DNA of 64,000 nucleotides from Candidatus Rokuibacteriota bacterium (lineage in GTDB: Bacteria > Methylomirabilota > Methylomirabilia > Rokubacteriales > CSP1-6): the NCBI GenBank assembly GCA_003221455.1, contig QHRX01000007.1, forward strand, positions 18,580-82,579. The letters are read 5' to 3'. Both the position numbers and the translations under genes were made by a program. Under the pieces are notes generated by a model. That model did no database searches. It was not told the DNA's origin and saw nothing but the letters and a program-made list of their open reading frames with translations. Position 1 is the stretch's first letter. Every line of letters starts with the position of its first letter. This document shows, piece by piece, positions 38,942 to 48,375 of the stretch.

Positions 38942-40123
38942 GTGGGGGCTCCCGACACCGGGGCGGCGGCGAGCATCCTGGTGGTGCTCCCCCCGGCGAC
39001 GGGCGGGGCCGACGCGGTCTCGCCCGGCACCGTCGTCGCCGGCCTTCCCCTGCTCCGCCGCGTCGTGCTGGCCGGCGGGCGCGCGGGGTTCGGGCGCGTC
39101 TGGGCGTTCGGCTCCGCGCCGAGCGGCGACGGGCGCCCAGACGCCCGGCCGGCCGCGCCGGCCGCCGACGACCCGGGGCCCGCGCGCGCGCCCGGGAGGG
39201 TGGTCGTGCTCGCGGCCAACGTCATCCCGACGCCGCAGTGGTTCCGCACGCTCCTGGAGCTGCCCCTCGCGAAGGACACCCTCTACGTCGACGACGCCAA
39301 GGTGGCGGTGATCGAGAGCGGCGAGCCGTCCGCGATCCTGGCCGCGGCGACCCGCTGCCGGACCCTCGCCGAGTTGGTCACGGCCCTCGGCGGCGCCGTC
39401 GCGGTGGTGGACCGGGCTCTCGAGCCACGGGGACGGTTCCCGCTCGCCACGCGCGCCGACCTCCCCCGCGCGGAGACGTGGCTGCTCGGGAGCCTCGTCA
39501 AGCGCGGCGAAGGGGTCACCTCGCGCTACCTCGAGCGCCGAATCTCGCTCGCCATCACGCGACGCCTGGTCGCCACGCCCGTGACGCCCAACGTCATGAC
39601 CTTCGTGAGCGTCTCGATCGGCCTCGCCGGCGCCCCGTTCTTCCTCGCCTCCTCGGCCGCCTACCAGCTCCCGGGGGCCCTGCTCTTCCTGGCGCATTCG
39701 ATCCTGGACGGCTGCGACGGCGAGCTCGCCCGGCTCAAGTTTCTGGAGTCGCGCCGCGGCGCGATCCTCGACTACTGGGGCGACAACCTCGTCCACGCGG
39801 CCGTCTTCTCGTGCATGGCGATCGGCTGGAGCCTCGCCGTCCACGCGCTGTGGCCGCTTGTCCTCGGCGCCGTCCTCGTCGCGAGCTCGCTCGCCGCCGC
39901 GGCCGTCCTCTTTCGGCAAACCCTCGAGGATGACGTACCCGACGCCGACGCCCCCGCGGTCGCCCGGATCACCGAGCAGTTTTCCCACCGCGACTTCATC
40001 TACCTCGTGGTCGCGCTGGCGGCGGCGGGGAAGGCCGCCTGGTTCGTGGCCGTCGCCTCCGTGGGCACGCCGATTTTTCTGCTCCTGGCACTCGCAAGCC
40101 GGCTCGCGGCCCGGACGCGTTGA
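38942..40123 (+). CDS. bifunctional IPCT/DIPPS-like protein: N-terminal cytoplasmic (nucleotidyltransferase-like) domain fused to a CDP-alcohol phosphatidyltransferase membrane domain
   Basis: The membrane domain carries the CDP-OH phosphotransferase signature DGCDGELARLKFLESRRGAILDYWGDNLVHAA (DGxxAR...Gx3Dx3D). The juxtamembrane segment GVTSRYLERRISLAITRRLVATPVTPNVMT resembles the IPCT/DIPPS linker. The start is uncertain, between 38942 and 38981. Confidence 0.65.
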   Translation: MGAPDTGAAASILVVLPPATGGADAVSPGTVVAGLPLLRRVVLAGGRAGFGRVWAFGSAPSGDGRPDARPAAPAADDPGPARAPGRVVVLAANVIPTPQWFRTLLELPLAKDTLYVDDAKVAVIESGEPSAILAAATRCRTLAELVTALGGAVAVVDRALEPRGRFPLATRADLPRAETWLLGSLVKRGEGVTSRYLERRISLAITRRLVATPVTPNVMTFVSVSIGLAGAPFFLASSAAYQLPGALLFLAHSILDGCDGELARLKFLESRRGAILDYWGDNLVHAAVFSCMAIGWSLAVHALWPLVLGAVLVASSLAAAAVLFRQTLEDDVPDADAPAVARITEQFSHRDFIYLVVALAAAGKAAWFVAVASVGTPIFLLLALASRLAARTR

Positions 40124-40243
40124 GGCGCGACGCCGTGGTCGCCCGGACGGGTCCGCCGCGCCGAGCCCGCGCCGACCGACGCTCGCCTGCCGGCGTCGCG
40201 GCGCACCGGCCACGCCGGCCGAGTCCGTAGGGAGCACCGGCGC

Positions 40244-41221
40244 GTGCGCTACGTCCACTCCCTCCTCTTCCTCCTCGGCGCGGCGCTCCTGGTCGTCCTC
40301 GTCGCCCGCAACGACCCGACCGCGATCGCCGCCGCGATCGCCCGACTCTCGTGGCGGATTCTCGTCGTGCTCTGTTTCCCGATCACGCTGGCGACGCTGT
40401 TCGACACGCTCGGCTGGCACTTCGCGTTCCGGCGCGACCGCGTCGCCTTCCGCACGTTGGTGTCCGCCCGGCTCGCGGGCGAGGCCTTCAACGTGACGAC
40501 GGCGTCCGTCGGGGGCGAGGCGGTGAAGGCGTGGTTGCTCCGCCCGTCGGTGCCGCTCGGCGAGAGCCTGCCCTCGCTGATCGTCTCGAAGACGACCATC
40601 ACGATCGCCCAGGGTCTCTTCCTCCTCTTCGGCGTCGCCCTCGCGTGGCGGACCGCCCGCCCGGACTCGCCGGTCCTCTACGGGATGGAGGTCCTGCTGG
40701 TCGTCGAGGTCGTCGCGGTGGCCGGTTTCGTCGCCACCCAAGTCTTCGGGCTGATCGGGCGCGCGGGGCGGCTGCTCGGCCGGCTCGGCACGCACGTCTT
40801 CGGCGCCCGGGACACCCTGGTCCAGGTCGACGACGTGCTCGTGCGCTTCTATCGCGAAGAGCCGCGGCGCCTCGCCCTCTCGATCGCCTGCCATTTCGTC
40901 GGCTGGCTGGTCGGTTCCGTCGAGGCCTACCTGATCCTGCGCTTCCTCGGCGTGGGCGTGTCGCTGACCACCGCGACCGTGATCGAGGCCTTCGGCACCG
41001 CGGTTCGGTTCGCGACCTTCGTGATCCCGGCAAGCCTCGGCGCCGCCGAGGGCGGCTACCTCGTGACGTTCCTCGGGTTCGGCCTTGGGTCGACCGCCGC
41101 CGTCTCGTTCAGCCTGGTCAGGCGAGTCCGCGAGGGGACGTGGGCGGCGATCGGACTCATCATCTTCGCGGTGATGCGCCGCCGGACCGATTCGACGGCG
41201 GCCCTCACCGCCGCGGGCTGA
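40244..41221 (+). CDS. lysylphosphatidylglycerol-synthase-TM/UPF0104 flippase-like membrane protein (HpnL-like)
   Basis: 325 aa with about 8 TM helices. ...WRILVVLCFPITLATLFDTLGWHFAF... is typical of the family. Confidence 0.6.
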   Translation: MRYVHSLLFLLGAALLVVLVARNDPTAIAAAIARLSWRILVVLCFPITLATLFDTLGWHFAFRRDRVAFRTLVSARLAGEAFNVTTASVGGEAVKAWLLRPSVPLGESLPSLIVSKTTITIAQGLFLLFGVALAWRTARPDSPVLYGMEVLLVVEVVAVAGFVATQVFGLIGRAGRLLGRLGTHVFGARDTLVQVDDVLVRFYREEPRRLALSIACHFVGWLVGSVEAYLILRFLGVGVSLTTATVIEAFGTAVRFATFVIPASLGAAEGGYLVTFLGFGLGSTAAVSFSLVRRVREGTWAAIGLIIFAVMRRRTDSTAALTAAG

Positions 41222-41489
41222 CGCTCCGTCACGGACGCGACGCCCGTGGCCGCGCGCGGCCGCCCCACCCCTCGACCGGCCCGGCGCCCCGTCGACCGCG
41301 CGCGGCCACGGCACGGCTCCGAGCCCGACGACGTCGCAGGGCAGGCGGCCCAACGCCGGGGGGCGGGCGGCACGGGCCAGCTATGATACGGTTAGGGTAG
41401 ATGGGGTCTCGCGTTGCGGCTCGCACGGCCTCGCGCGCCGACGCGGCGCACGATGGCCGACCGGCGAGCCTCAGGCGAGGTCGGCGGGG

Positions 41490-44249
41490 ATGAGCGTCGC
41501 ATCGCGGACGGGCCGCGCACTGCGGCGGCTCGTGCAGGTCGCCTGCGCGCGGCCCGTCCTGACCGTCGGCCTCAGCGCCCTCTTCGCCCTCCTGGGTGTC
41601 GTCTACTCCTTCCGCGAGCTCACGTTCATGACCGCCAGCCGGGACCTCCTGCCTCCCGGCCAGGCCTACGTGCTGCGCTACAACGAGTACCTCAAGGACT
41701 TCGGCGACCTCGACGAGATCGCGGTCGTCGTCGCGAGCCGAGATCTGGCCGTAGCCAAAGAGTACGCGAGCCGCCTCGGCCGCGAGCTCCGGAAGTATCC
41801 GGCTCAGTTCCAGCGGGTCGCCTACCGCATCGACCCCGAGCGCTTCGAGGGCCGCGCGCTCCTGTACCTGCCGGTGGCAAAGCTCAAGGAAATCCGCGAC
41901 AGGATCTTCGCCTACGAGGACTTCCTCGAGTCCTTCGCGGCACGCCCCGCCCTCGACCAGCTTGTCGACAACGTCAACACCCAGGTCGGCAACGCCATCG
42001 TCTCGAACTTCTTCGACCTCGGCTTGAACGGCGGGGGCACCGCAGGCGACCTCCGGTTCCTCGAGAGCCTGCTCGGGCAGATCTCCACGCGACTGGACCG
42101 GCCGGCGCCCTACCGGTCGCCCTGGGGCCCACTGCTCTCGCTCGACGTCCACGGCGAGGCCGACGGCTACTTCCTTTCCGACGACCAGCGCCTGCTCTTC
42201 ATCCTGATCGAGTCGAAGGGCGAGAAGAGCAGCTTCACCGGCGACCGGGACGCCATCGAGACGCTCCGGGGCACCATCGCGCGTCTACGCGACGAGTTCC
42301 CCGCCGTGGACGTGGGCGTCACCGGGATGCCGGCCCTCTCGAACGACGAGATGGTCGCCGCCTTCCGAGACAGCGAGCGCGCCACGATCCTGGCCTTCGC
42401 GTTCACGCTCGGCCTCCTGCTCCTGGCGTTCCTGCGGGTGGGCCTGCCGATCCTGATGCTGGCGACGCTGGCGGTGAGCCTCTGCTGGTCGATAGGCGTC
42501 ATCACTCTCGTGGTCGGGCATCTGTCGATCTTCTCGGTGATATTCATCTCGATCGTCATCGGCATCGGGATCGACTACGGGATTTACTTCCTCTTCCGGC
42601 ACGACGAGGAGCTGTTCCTCGGTCGGGGCCAGCGCGAGGCGCTCGAGATCACCGCGTCGCGGAGCGGTCCCGGGATCCTCATCGGCGCGCTCACCGCGGC
42701 CGGTACCTTCTACGTGCTGATGGCTACCGACTTCCGCGGCATCCAGGAGCTTGGCTTTATCGCCGGGACCGCGATCCTCCTCGCGTGGCTATCGATGATG
42801 ACCCTGTTCCCGGCCCTCATCCTCCTCGTCGACCGCTCCCGCGGCCAGCGCCCACGCGGCCCGGTGCCGCGGGCGATCGAGCTCGAGCGGATCCGCGTCC
42901 CGTTCATCGAGCGGTTGACGCGCTACCCGAAGACCGTCGTCACGGCGGCGTCCGTCGCCACCGTGCTCTCGTTGCTGGCCTTCCGCGGCGTCTACTTCGA
43001 CTACAACCTCCTGAACCTGCAGGCGCCGGGCACGGAGTCCGTGATCTGGGAGAAGCGGGTGCTGGCGAGCGGGCGCTCCGGCTACAGCGCGCTCGCGAGC
43101 GCGGGATCGCTCGCCGAGCTTCGCGCGAAGGTGGCCGCCTTCGAGCGGACGCCGGCCGTCTCCCAGGTCGACTCGGCGCTCCGGCTGCTCCCGGCCGACC
43201 AGGCAGAAAAGCAGAAGGTCCTCGCGGAGATCGCGCCACTCGTCGCGCCGGTGCGGATCGGCGTGGCCGAACCCGTCGATGTCGACCGGCTCCAGGCGGC
43301 GCTCGCGCGACTCCGGCACCGCTTCGACGTCGTGGCGGGTGCCGCGCCGCCCGGCCCCGATCGCGACGCGGTCGCCGGCGTCCGCGATCAGGCCGCCGTG
43401 CTGATCCAGAAGCTCCGGGTGGCCGACCGCGAGATCGCGGAGCCGGCGCTGAACCACCTCCAGAACCAGATCTATCGGGACTTCATGAGCAGCCTCCACA
43501 CCCTCCAGCGGAACCTCCACCCGCGCCCGGTCGGCGTCGGCGACGTGCCCGACGAGCTCCGGCGAAAGTTCATCGGCCGGAGCGGCCGATTCCTGATCCA
43601 GATCCATCCCAGAGGGGACGTCTGGAGCCGAGCGGGCGCCGAGGCCTTCGTGAGGGACCTCCGGAGCGTTGACCCCGGCGTGACCGGCACTCCGATCATC
43701 TCCTTCGAGGCGATCCGCCGCATGGAGACGGGCTACAAGCAGGGCACGCTCTACGCGTTCATCCTGGTCGGCCTCCTGAGCGCGCTGCTGATCCGCCATG
43801 TCCGCGAGACCGCCCTGGCGCTGCTGCCCCTGGGCCTCGGCACGCTTTGGACGGTCGGCCTCATGTACGTCTGCGCGCTGCCGTTCAACCTCGGCAACGT
43901 CTTCGGGCTCCCGCTGATCATCGGCGCCGGCGCCGAGTTCGGCCTCAACGTCGTGCTGCGCTACCTGGAGGGCCGCGAGCACGACGGCCCCCTCGTCGCC
44001 CGGAGCACCGTGATGGCGGTTCTCGTCAACGGGCTCACCACCGTCGTCGGCTTCGGCAGCCTCATGGTCGCCGATCATCGGGGGATCTTCGGGCTGGGCC
44101 TCTTGCTGACGCTCGGCATGATCGCGACCCTCACCGCTTCGCTGATCGTCCTGCCGGTCATGCTGCGGTGGGGCCGGCCCGGCCGGCCTCATCCCTCCCG
44201 GCTCGGCGAGCCCGCGCTCGAGCCCACCGGCGCCGAGGCCGACCGCTAG
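41490..44249 (+). CDS. hpnN: HpnN-type RND/MMPL hopanoid exporter (paralog 2, unfused)
   Basis: 919 aa with an MMPL/SSD architecture. It is collinear with the N-terminal 880 aa of the gene at 30284. Confidence 0.85.
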   Translation: MSVASRTGRALRRLVQVACARPVLTVGLSALFALLGVVYSFRELTFMTASRDLLPPGQAYVLRYNEYLKDFGDLDEIAVVVASRDLAVAKEYASRLGRELRKYPAQFQRVAYRIDPERFEGRALLYLPVAKLKEIRDRIFAYEDFLESFAARPALDQLVDNVNTQVGNAIVSNFFDLGLNGGGTAGDLRFLESLLGQISTRLDRPAPYRSPWGPLLSLDVHGEADGYFLSDDQRLLFILIESKGEKSSFTGDRDAIETLRGTIARLRDEFPAVDVGVTGMPALSNDEMVAAFRDSERATILAFAFTLGLLLLAFLRVGLPILMLATLAVSLCWSIGVITLVVGHLSIFSVIFISIVIGIGIDYGIYFLFRHDEELFLGRGQREALEITASRSGPGILIGALTAAGTFYVLMATDFRGIQELGFIAGTAILLAWLSMMTLFPALILLVDRSRGQRPRGPVPRAIELERIRVPFIERLTRYPKTVVTAASVATVLSLLAFRGVYFDYNLLNLQAPGTESVIWEKRVLASGRSGYSALASAGSLAELRAKVAAFERTPAVSQVDSALRLLPADQAEKQKVLAEIAPLVAPVRIGVAEPVDVDRLQAALARLRHRFDVVAGAAPPGPDRDAVAGVRDQAAVLIQKLRVADREIAEPALNHLQNQIYRDFMSSLHTLQRNLHPRPVGVGDVPDELRRKFIGRSGRFLIQIHPRGDVWSRAGAEAFVRDLRSVDPGVTGTPIISFEAIRRMETGYKQGTLYAFILVGLLSALLIRHVRETALALLPLGLGTLWTVGLMYVCALPFNLGNVFGLPLIIGAGAEFGLNVVLRYLEGREHDGPLVARSTVMAVLVNGLTTVVGFGSLMVADHRGIFGLGLLLTLGMIATLTASLIVLPVMLRWGRPGRPHPSRLGEPALEPTGAEADR

Positions 44250-44663
44250 CGGGACCGGCGGCGGCCTTCTTCCCCGACACCCGCCGCCGTGCCGGGGAGC
44301 GGCGACGCCCCTCCGCCCGCGTGTGTAGCTTTTACAGATCCGGCCTGTACGATTTACACTGCGGGCGCGGTGATCTTCTCCGAGCCCTCGCCGGGGTTCC
44401 GCAACTTCTGCCGGCGTCGGCGTATTCGATCACGGCCTTCGACGGCGGATCTGGCAACGCGGTTGCACCACCATCGCGACCGACGCCGTGGAGGGTGGTG
44501 CCTGCGCCCGGCGGACAGTGTGCGAGGAAGCCGCCACGAGCCGCGTCGGCCCCCGAGCGGTCGGTCTGCCGGGCCCCGCTCCGACTGCGTAGTGACGGGC
44601 TCCGTCGGCCGTGCCTCGCGGCCACCCTGAGAACGTACCCGGACCCTTGAGGAAGGGACCCTG

Positions 44664-45698
44664 ATGCTGTCGAATCTGCTACCCCGAGCCGTATCGACGG
44701 ACCTCGGCATCGACCTCGGCACCGCCAACACGGTGGTGTTCATGCGGGGCGAGGGCATCGTCCTCAACGAGCCGTCGATCGTCGCGATTCGGGAGGCGGA
44801 CCACTCGCTGCTCGCGGTCGGGCGCGATGCCAAGGCGATGATCGGCAGGACGCCAGGACACATCATGGTGATTCGGCCGCTGAAGGACGGGGTGATCGCC
44901 GATTTCGACATCGCGCGCGGGATGCTCGGCTACTTCATTGCCAAGACCTGCCGGGGGCCGCGCGCGCTCCTGCGCCCGCGCGTGGTGGTCGGGATCCCCT
45001 CCGGGATCACCGAAGTGGAGCGGTTGGCCGTCCGAGACTCCGTCCTCCAGGCGGGCGCGCGGGACGTGTACCTGGTCGAGGAGCCCATGGCCGCCGCGAT
45101 CGGCGCCGGGCTGCCGATCGCCGCCCCCGGGGGGAATCTGATCGTCGACATCGGCGGCGGCACCACGGAGGTCGCAGTCATTTCGGTCTCGGGTGTCGTC
45201 CATTGCCGATCGGTCCGGACGGCAGGCGACGAGATGGACGAAGCCATCATCCACTACCTTCGGAAGCACTACAACCTGCTCGTCGGCGAGCGGCAGGCCG
45301 AGGCGATCAAGATCGCGCTCGGCTCCGCCGTGTCCCGGGACGGCGCGCCGCAGGCAGTGGAAGTCAAGGGACGCGACCTCATCGACGGCATTCCGAAGTC
45401 CGTCGTGGTCACGGACGCCGAGGTCCGCGAGGCCTTGCGCGAGATCGTGTCCGTGATCGTCGACACCGTCCACGCGTGTCTCGAGCGGATCCCGCCCGAG
45501 CTCGCGGCCGACATCGTCGACAAGGGAGCCGTCCTCACCGGTGGCGGGGCCCTCCTCCGTGGCCTGGACGAGCTCCTCCGCAAGGAGACCCGCCTCCCCG
45601 TGGCGATCGCCGACGAACCGATGTCGTGTGTCGCGCTGGGTCTGGGACAGGTGCTCGACGAGCTTCGCCTCTTGCAGCGGGTCGCGACGCCGGCCTGA
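44664..45698 (+). CDS. mreB: MreB/Mbl-type actin-like ATPase (orphan, no mreCD adjacent)
   Basis: Phosphate-1 is DLGIDLGTANTVV, connect-1 is ...VVVGIPSGITEVERLAVRD..., phosphate-2 is LIVDIGGGTTEVAV, and ...GAVLTGGGALLRGLDELL... is also present. Confidence 0.85.
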   Translation: MLSNLLPRAVSTDLGIDLGTANTVVFMRGEGIVLNEPSIVAIREADHSLLAVGRDAKAMIGRTPGHIMVIRPLKDGVIADFDIARGMLGYFIAKTCRGPRALLRPRVVVGIPSGITEVERLAVRDSVLQAGARDVYLVEEPMAAAIGAGLPIAAPGGNLIVDIGGGTTEVAVISVSGVVHCRSVRTAGDEMDEAIIHYLRKHYNLLVGERQAEAIKIALGSAVSRDGAPQAVEVKGRDLIDGIPKSVVVTDAEVREALREIVSVIVDTVHACLERIPPELAADIVDKGAVLTGGGALLRGLDELLRKETRLPVAIADEPMSCVALGLGQVLDELRLLQRVATPA

Positions 45699-45805
45699 CG
45701 GACCCCCGGGCCGTCGTCCCCCCCGTCTGCTGGAAGCCTCTGTGCGAGGGGACGCATCTAAACGGTGGAGCGTAGGGGTTGACCCCCAGTGTGGAGGTGT
45801 TCAGC

Positions 45806-46261
45806 ATGGCAAAGCGGATTCTTGTCCCTCTCGATCGAAGGACGGCCAGCGCGGCGATCCTGCCGCTCGTGGCCGACGTTGCACGCGGCGCCGGCCCGAC
45901 CCTGCGGCTGCTCCACGTGGCGCCGGTGCCGGACGCCGTCGAGAGCGAGGACGGTCGCGTGATCGCGTACGCCGACCAGGAAATGGCGAGGCTCGAGAGC
46001 GAGGGGCACGAGTACCTCGACGGGCTCGCGGCCAGCCTGCCGGACGTCGCCGTGGAGTGCGTCGTGCGCTTCGGCCAGCCGGCGCGCGAGATTCTCGTCG
46101 AAGCCGAGGCCTGGGATGCCGACCTCATCGCGGTGACGGCGACGCGGACGCGGTGGTTCGACCGGATCCGCCGGCGCGGGGTGGCGGATCGGGTCTTCCG
46201 CCGGGCCTCGGTTCCCGTCCTCGTCTACCGATCGGGCGCGGTCGACTCCGCCGCGCGCTGA
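45806..46261 (+). CDS. universal stress protein (UspA family)
   Basis: MAKRILVPLDRRTASAAIL...DLIAVTATRTRW...SVPVLVY... Confidence 0.7.
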   Translation: MAKRILVPLDRRTASAAILPLVADVARGAGPTLRLLHVAPVPDAVESEDGRVIAYADQEMARLESEGHEYLDGLAASLPDVAVECVVRFGQPAREILVEAEAWDADLIAVTATRTRWFDRIRRRGVADRVFRRASVPVLVYRSGAVDSAAR

Positions 46262-48375
46262 CCGTCCTCGGGGCCGACGCGCTCGATCTCGACCAGGTTC
46301 GAGTGCAGCGCGGGCCCGCCTCCCAGGTCGCTCACCCGGTCGCTGGTGAGCACGTTGACGCCGCGGCCGCCCCGCTGGAAGCGATGCCACCAGATCCCCT
46401 CGATGACGGCCACGCCCGTCCGCGTGTCGTCAGTCACCTCGGCGGTGAACACGGCGGAGCCCCGGTCGTTGTAGACGCGGACCCGGTCACCGTCGGCGAT
46501 CCCCCGCGCGCCCGCGTCGGCCGGGGCGACGAAGACGCTCGGCCGCTTCTGCCGTGCGCGCAGGAGCTCGGACTGACTGAAGGACGAGTTCAGGAAGAAG
46601 CGGTTGGGCGGCACGATGCACTGGAGCGGGTAGCGCCGGGCGAGCTCGGGGTGGTCCGGGCCCTCGGCGAGTGGTGTGTAGGTCGGCAGGGCCGGGTGGC
46701 CGAGCGCCTCCAGGGTCGGCGAGTAGAACTCCACCTTGCCTGACGGCGTGGGGGCGCCTTCCGCGAAGGGCAGATACGGCCGCGGCAGGTTGAGGCGGAC
46801 CGAGCGCTCTTCCCGGAGCCGCTCGAACGTGATACCGGCGAGGCTCGCGTCGCCCGAGGCGAGGAGCTCGCGGATCAGCTGTTCCTCGGTCTTCTCGAAG
46901 TGCGGGTCGTCCAGCCCCAGGGCGCGGGCCAGCCGACGGAACACCTCCCAGTTGGGCTTGGCCTCGCCGAGCGGCGGGATCACGGGCTCGGCCAGCTGGA
47001 CGTAGAGGTGCCCGAACGACTTGTAGAGATCCATGTGTTCCAGCGACGTCGTGGCGGGCAGCACGAGGTCGGCGTAGCGCGCGGTGTCGGTCATGACCTG
47101 CTCGTGCACGACCGTGAAGAGGTCGGCGCGCGCCAGCCCGCGGAGGACGAGCTCCTGGTTGGGACAGACCGCGGCCGGGTTGGAGTTGTACACGTAGAGC
47201 GACTCGATGCGCGGGCGCAGGCGCTCGTCCGTGAGCGCCCGACCCAGCTGGATCATGTTGATCACGCGCGGCGCCGGTCGCGGCATCAGGTCGGGCCGCT
47301 CGAGGACGGCGAGGTCGAAGCCGAACGCGTCCGTGGACGAGAGGAGCGCCCCGCCATTCGGGTCGGCGTAGGCGCCGGTGAGGGCGGGCAGGCACGCGAT
47401 CGCCCGGCAGGTCATCCCACCGTTGTCGTGGCGCGACAGCCCGATTCCGGCCCGGATGAAGCTCTTCCGGCTCGCGCCGTATCGCCGGGCGAAGCGCACG
47501 ATCGTGTCGACCGACAGCCCGACCACCGGGGCCACCGCCGCCGGCGCAGACGCGGCGAGGTGCGGCACGAGCCGGTCGAACCCGCTCGTCGCGCGATCGA
47601 CGTATGCGCGGTCGACCAACCCGTCCGCGACCAGCACGTGCATCACCGCCAGCGCCAGCGCGCCGTCGGTGCCGGGCCGAACCATCAGGTGCTCGTCGGC
47701 CTGCTTCGCGGTGCGCGTCCGGTAGGGATCGATGCACACGACCCAGGCGCCCCGCTCCCGCGCGCGCCGCACGAGCGTCATCACGTTGATCGTCGTGTAG
47801 GCCGCGTTGATGCCCCAGAGGACCACGAGGTCGGCGCCGATCATCTGCTCGGAGTCGTTACCGGTCACCGTCCCCACCGTGGCCCTCCAGCCGGCGTAGG
47901 CGGTCGAGACGCAGATCGTCCGGTCCAACCGGCTTGCGCCGAGCGCGTGGAAGAAGGGGTGACCCGCGTGGTACTGAACCCGCCCCATCGTCCCCGCGTA
48001 GGAGAAGGGCAGGATCGCCTCCGCCCCGCTCCGGGCGATGACCCCACGCCACCGGTCCGCGATCTCCGCGATCGCCGCCTCCCACGAGACCCGCTCAAAC
48101 TCGCCCCGTCCCTTCGGCCCGGCACGTCGGAGCGGGGTCGGGATCCGCAGCGGGGAGTGGACGCGCTCTTGGTACTCATGGACCTTGCCGCAGATCACGC
48201 CCTGCGTGAATGGATGGTCGGGGGCGCCGGTCACGTCGACCACCCGCCCGTCGGCGACCGTCACCACGAGGGCACACGCCGACGGACAATCGTGCGGGCA
48301 CACCGACTTCACGGCTGGCGTCTCCTCCGTCTCCCCCGCACTCCGGCCGCCGGGGAGTCCGAGCTGCCCGCCCAC
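46225..48375 (-). CDS. cytoplasmic molybdopterin oxidoreductase (DMSO-reductase superfamily; NasA/FdhF/YdeP-like)
   Basis: The N-terminal 4Fe-4S motif is CPHDCPSACAL...C. MopB and molybdopterin-dinucleotide-binding domains are present (...VVLWGINAAYT...). There is no Tat signal. An in-frame Cys occupies the active-site region, not TGA. Confidence 0.75.
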   Translation of the reverse strand: MGGQLGLPGGRSAGETEETPAVKSVCPHDCPSACALVVTVADGRVVDVTGAPDHPFTQGVICGKVHEYQERVHSPLRIPTPLRRAGPKGRGEFERVSWEAAIAEIADRWRGVIARSGAEAILPFSYAGTMGRVQYHAGHPFFHALGASRLDRTICVSTAYAGWRATVGTVTGNDSEQMIGADLVVLWGINAAYTTINVMTLVRRARERGAWVVCIDPYRTRTAKQADEHLMVRPGTDGALALAVMHVLVADGLVDRAYVDRATSGFDRLVPHLAASAPAAVAPVVGLSVDTIVRFARRYGASRKSFIRAGIGLSRHDNGGMTCRAIACLPALTGAYADPNGGALLSSTDAFGFDLAVLERPDLMPRPAPRVINMIQLGRALTDERLRPRIESLYVYNSNPAAVCPNQELVLRGLARADLFTVVHEQVMTDTARYADLVLPATTSLEHMDLYKSFGHLYVQLAEPVIPPLGEAKPNWEVFRRLARALGLDDPHFEKTEEQLIRELLASGDASLAGITFERLREERSVRLNLPRPYLPFAEGAPTPSGKVEFYSPTLEALGHPALPTYTPLAEGPDHPELARRYPLQCIVPPNRFFLNSSFSQSELLRARQKRPSVFVAPADAGARGIADGDRVRVYNDRGSAVFTAEVTDDTRTGVAVIEGIWWHRFQRGGRGVNVLTSDRVSDLGGGPALHSNLVEIERVGPEDGQRAAESTAPDR

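Noticed and set aside
38450-44192. 967-aa and 467-aa reverse-strand ORFs (38450..41353-, 42789..44192-) opposite the transferase, flippase and HpnN2 genes
   Set aside because: They are Arg/Gly/Asp/Glu-rich antisense artefacts. The forward-strand genes have coherent TM topology and catalytic motifs.
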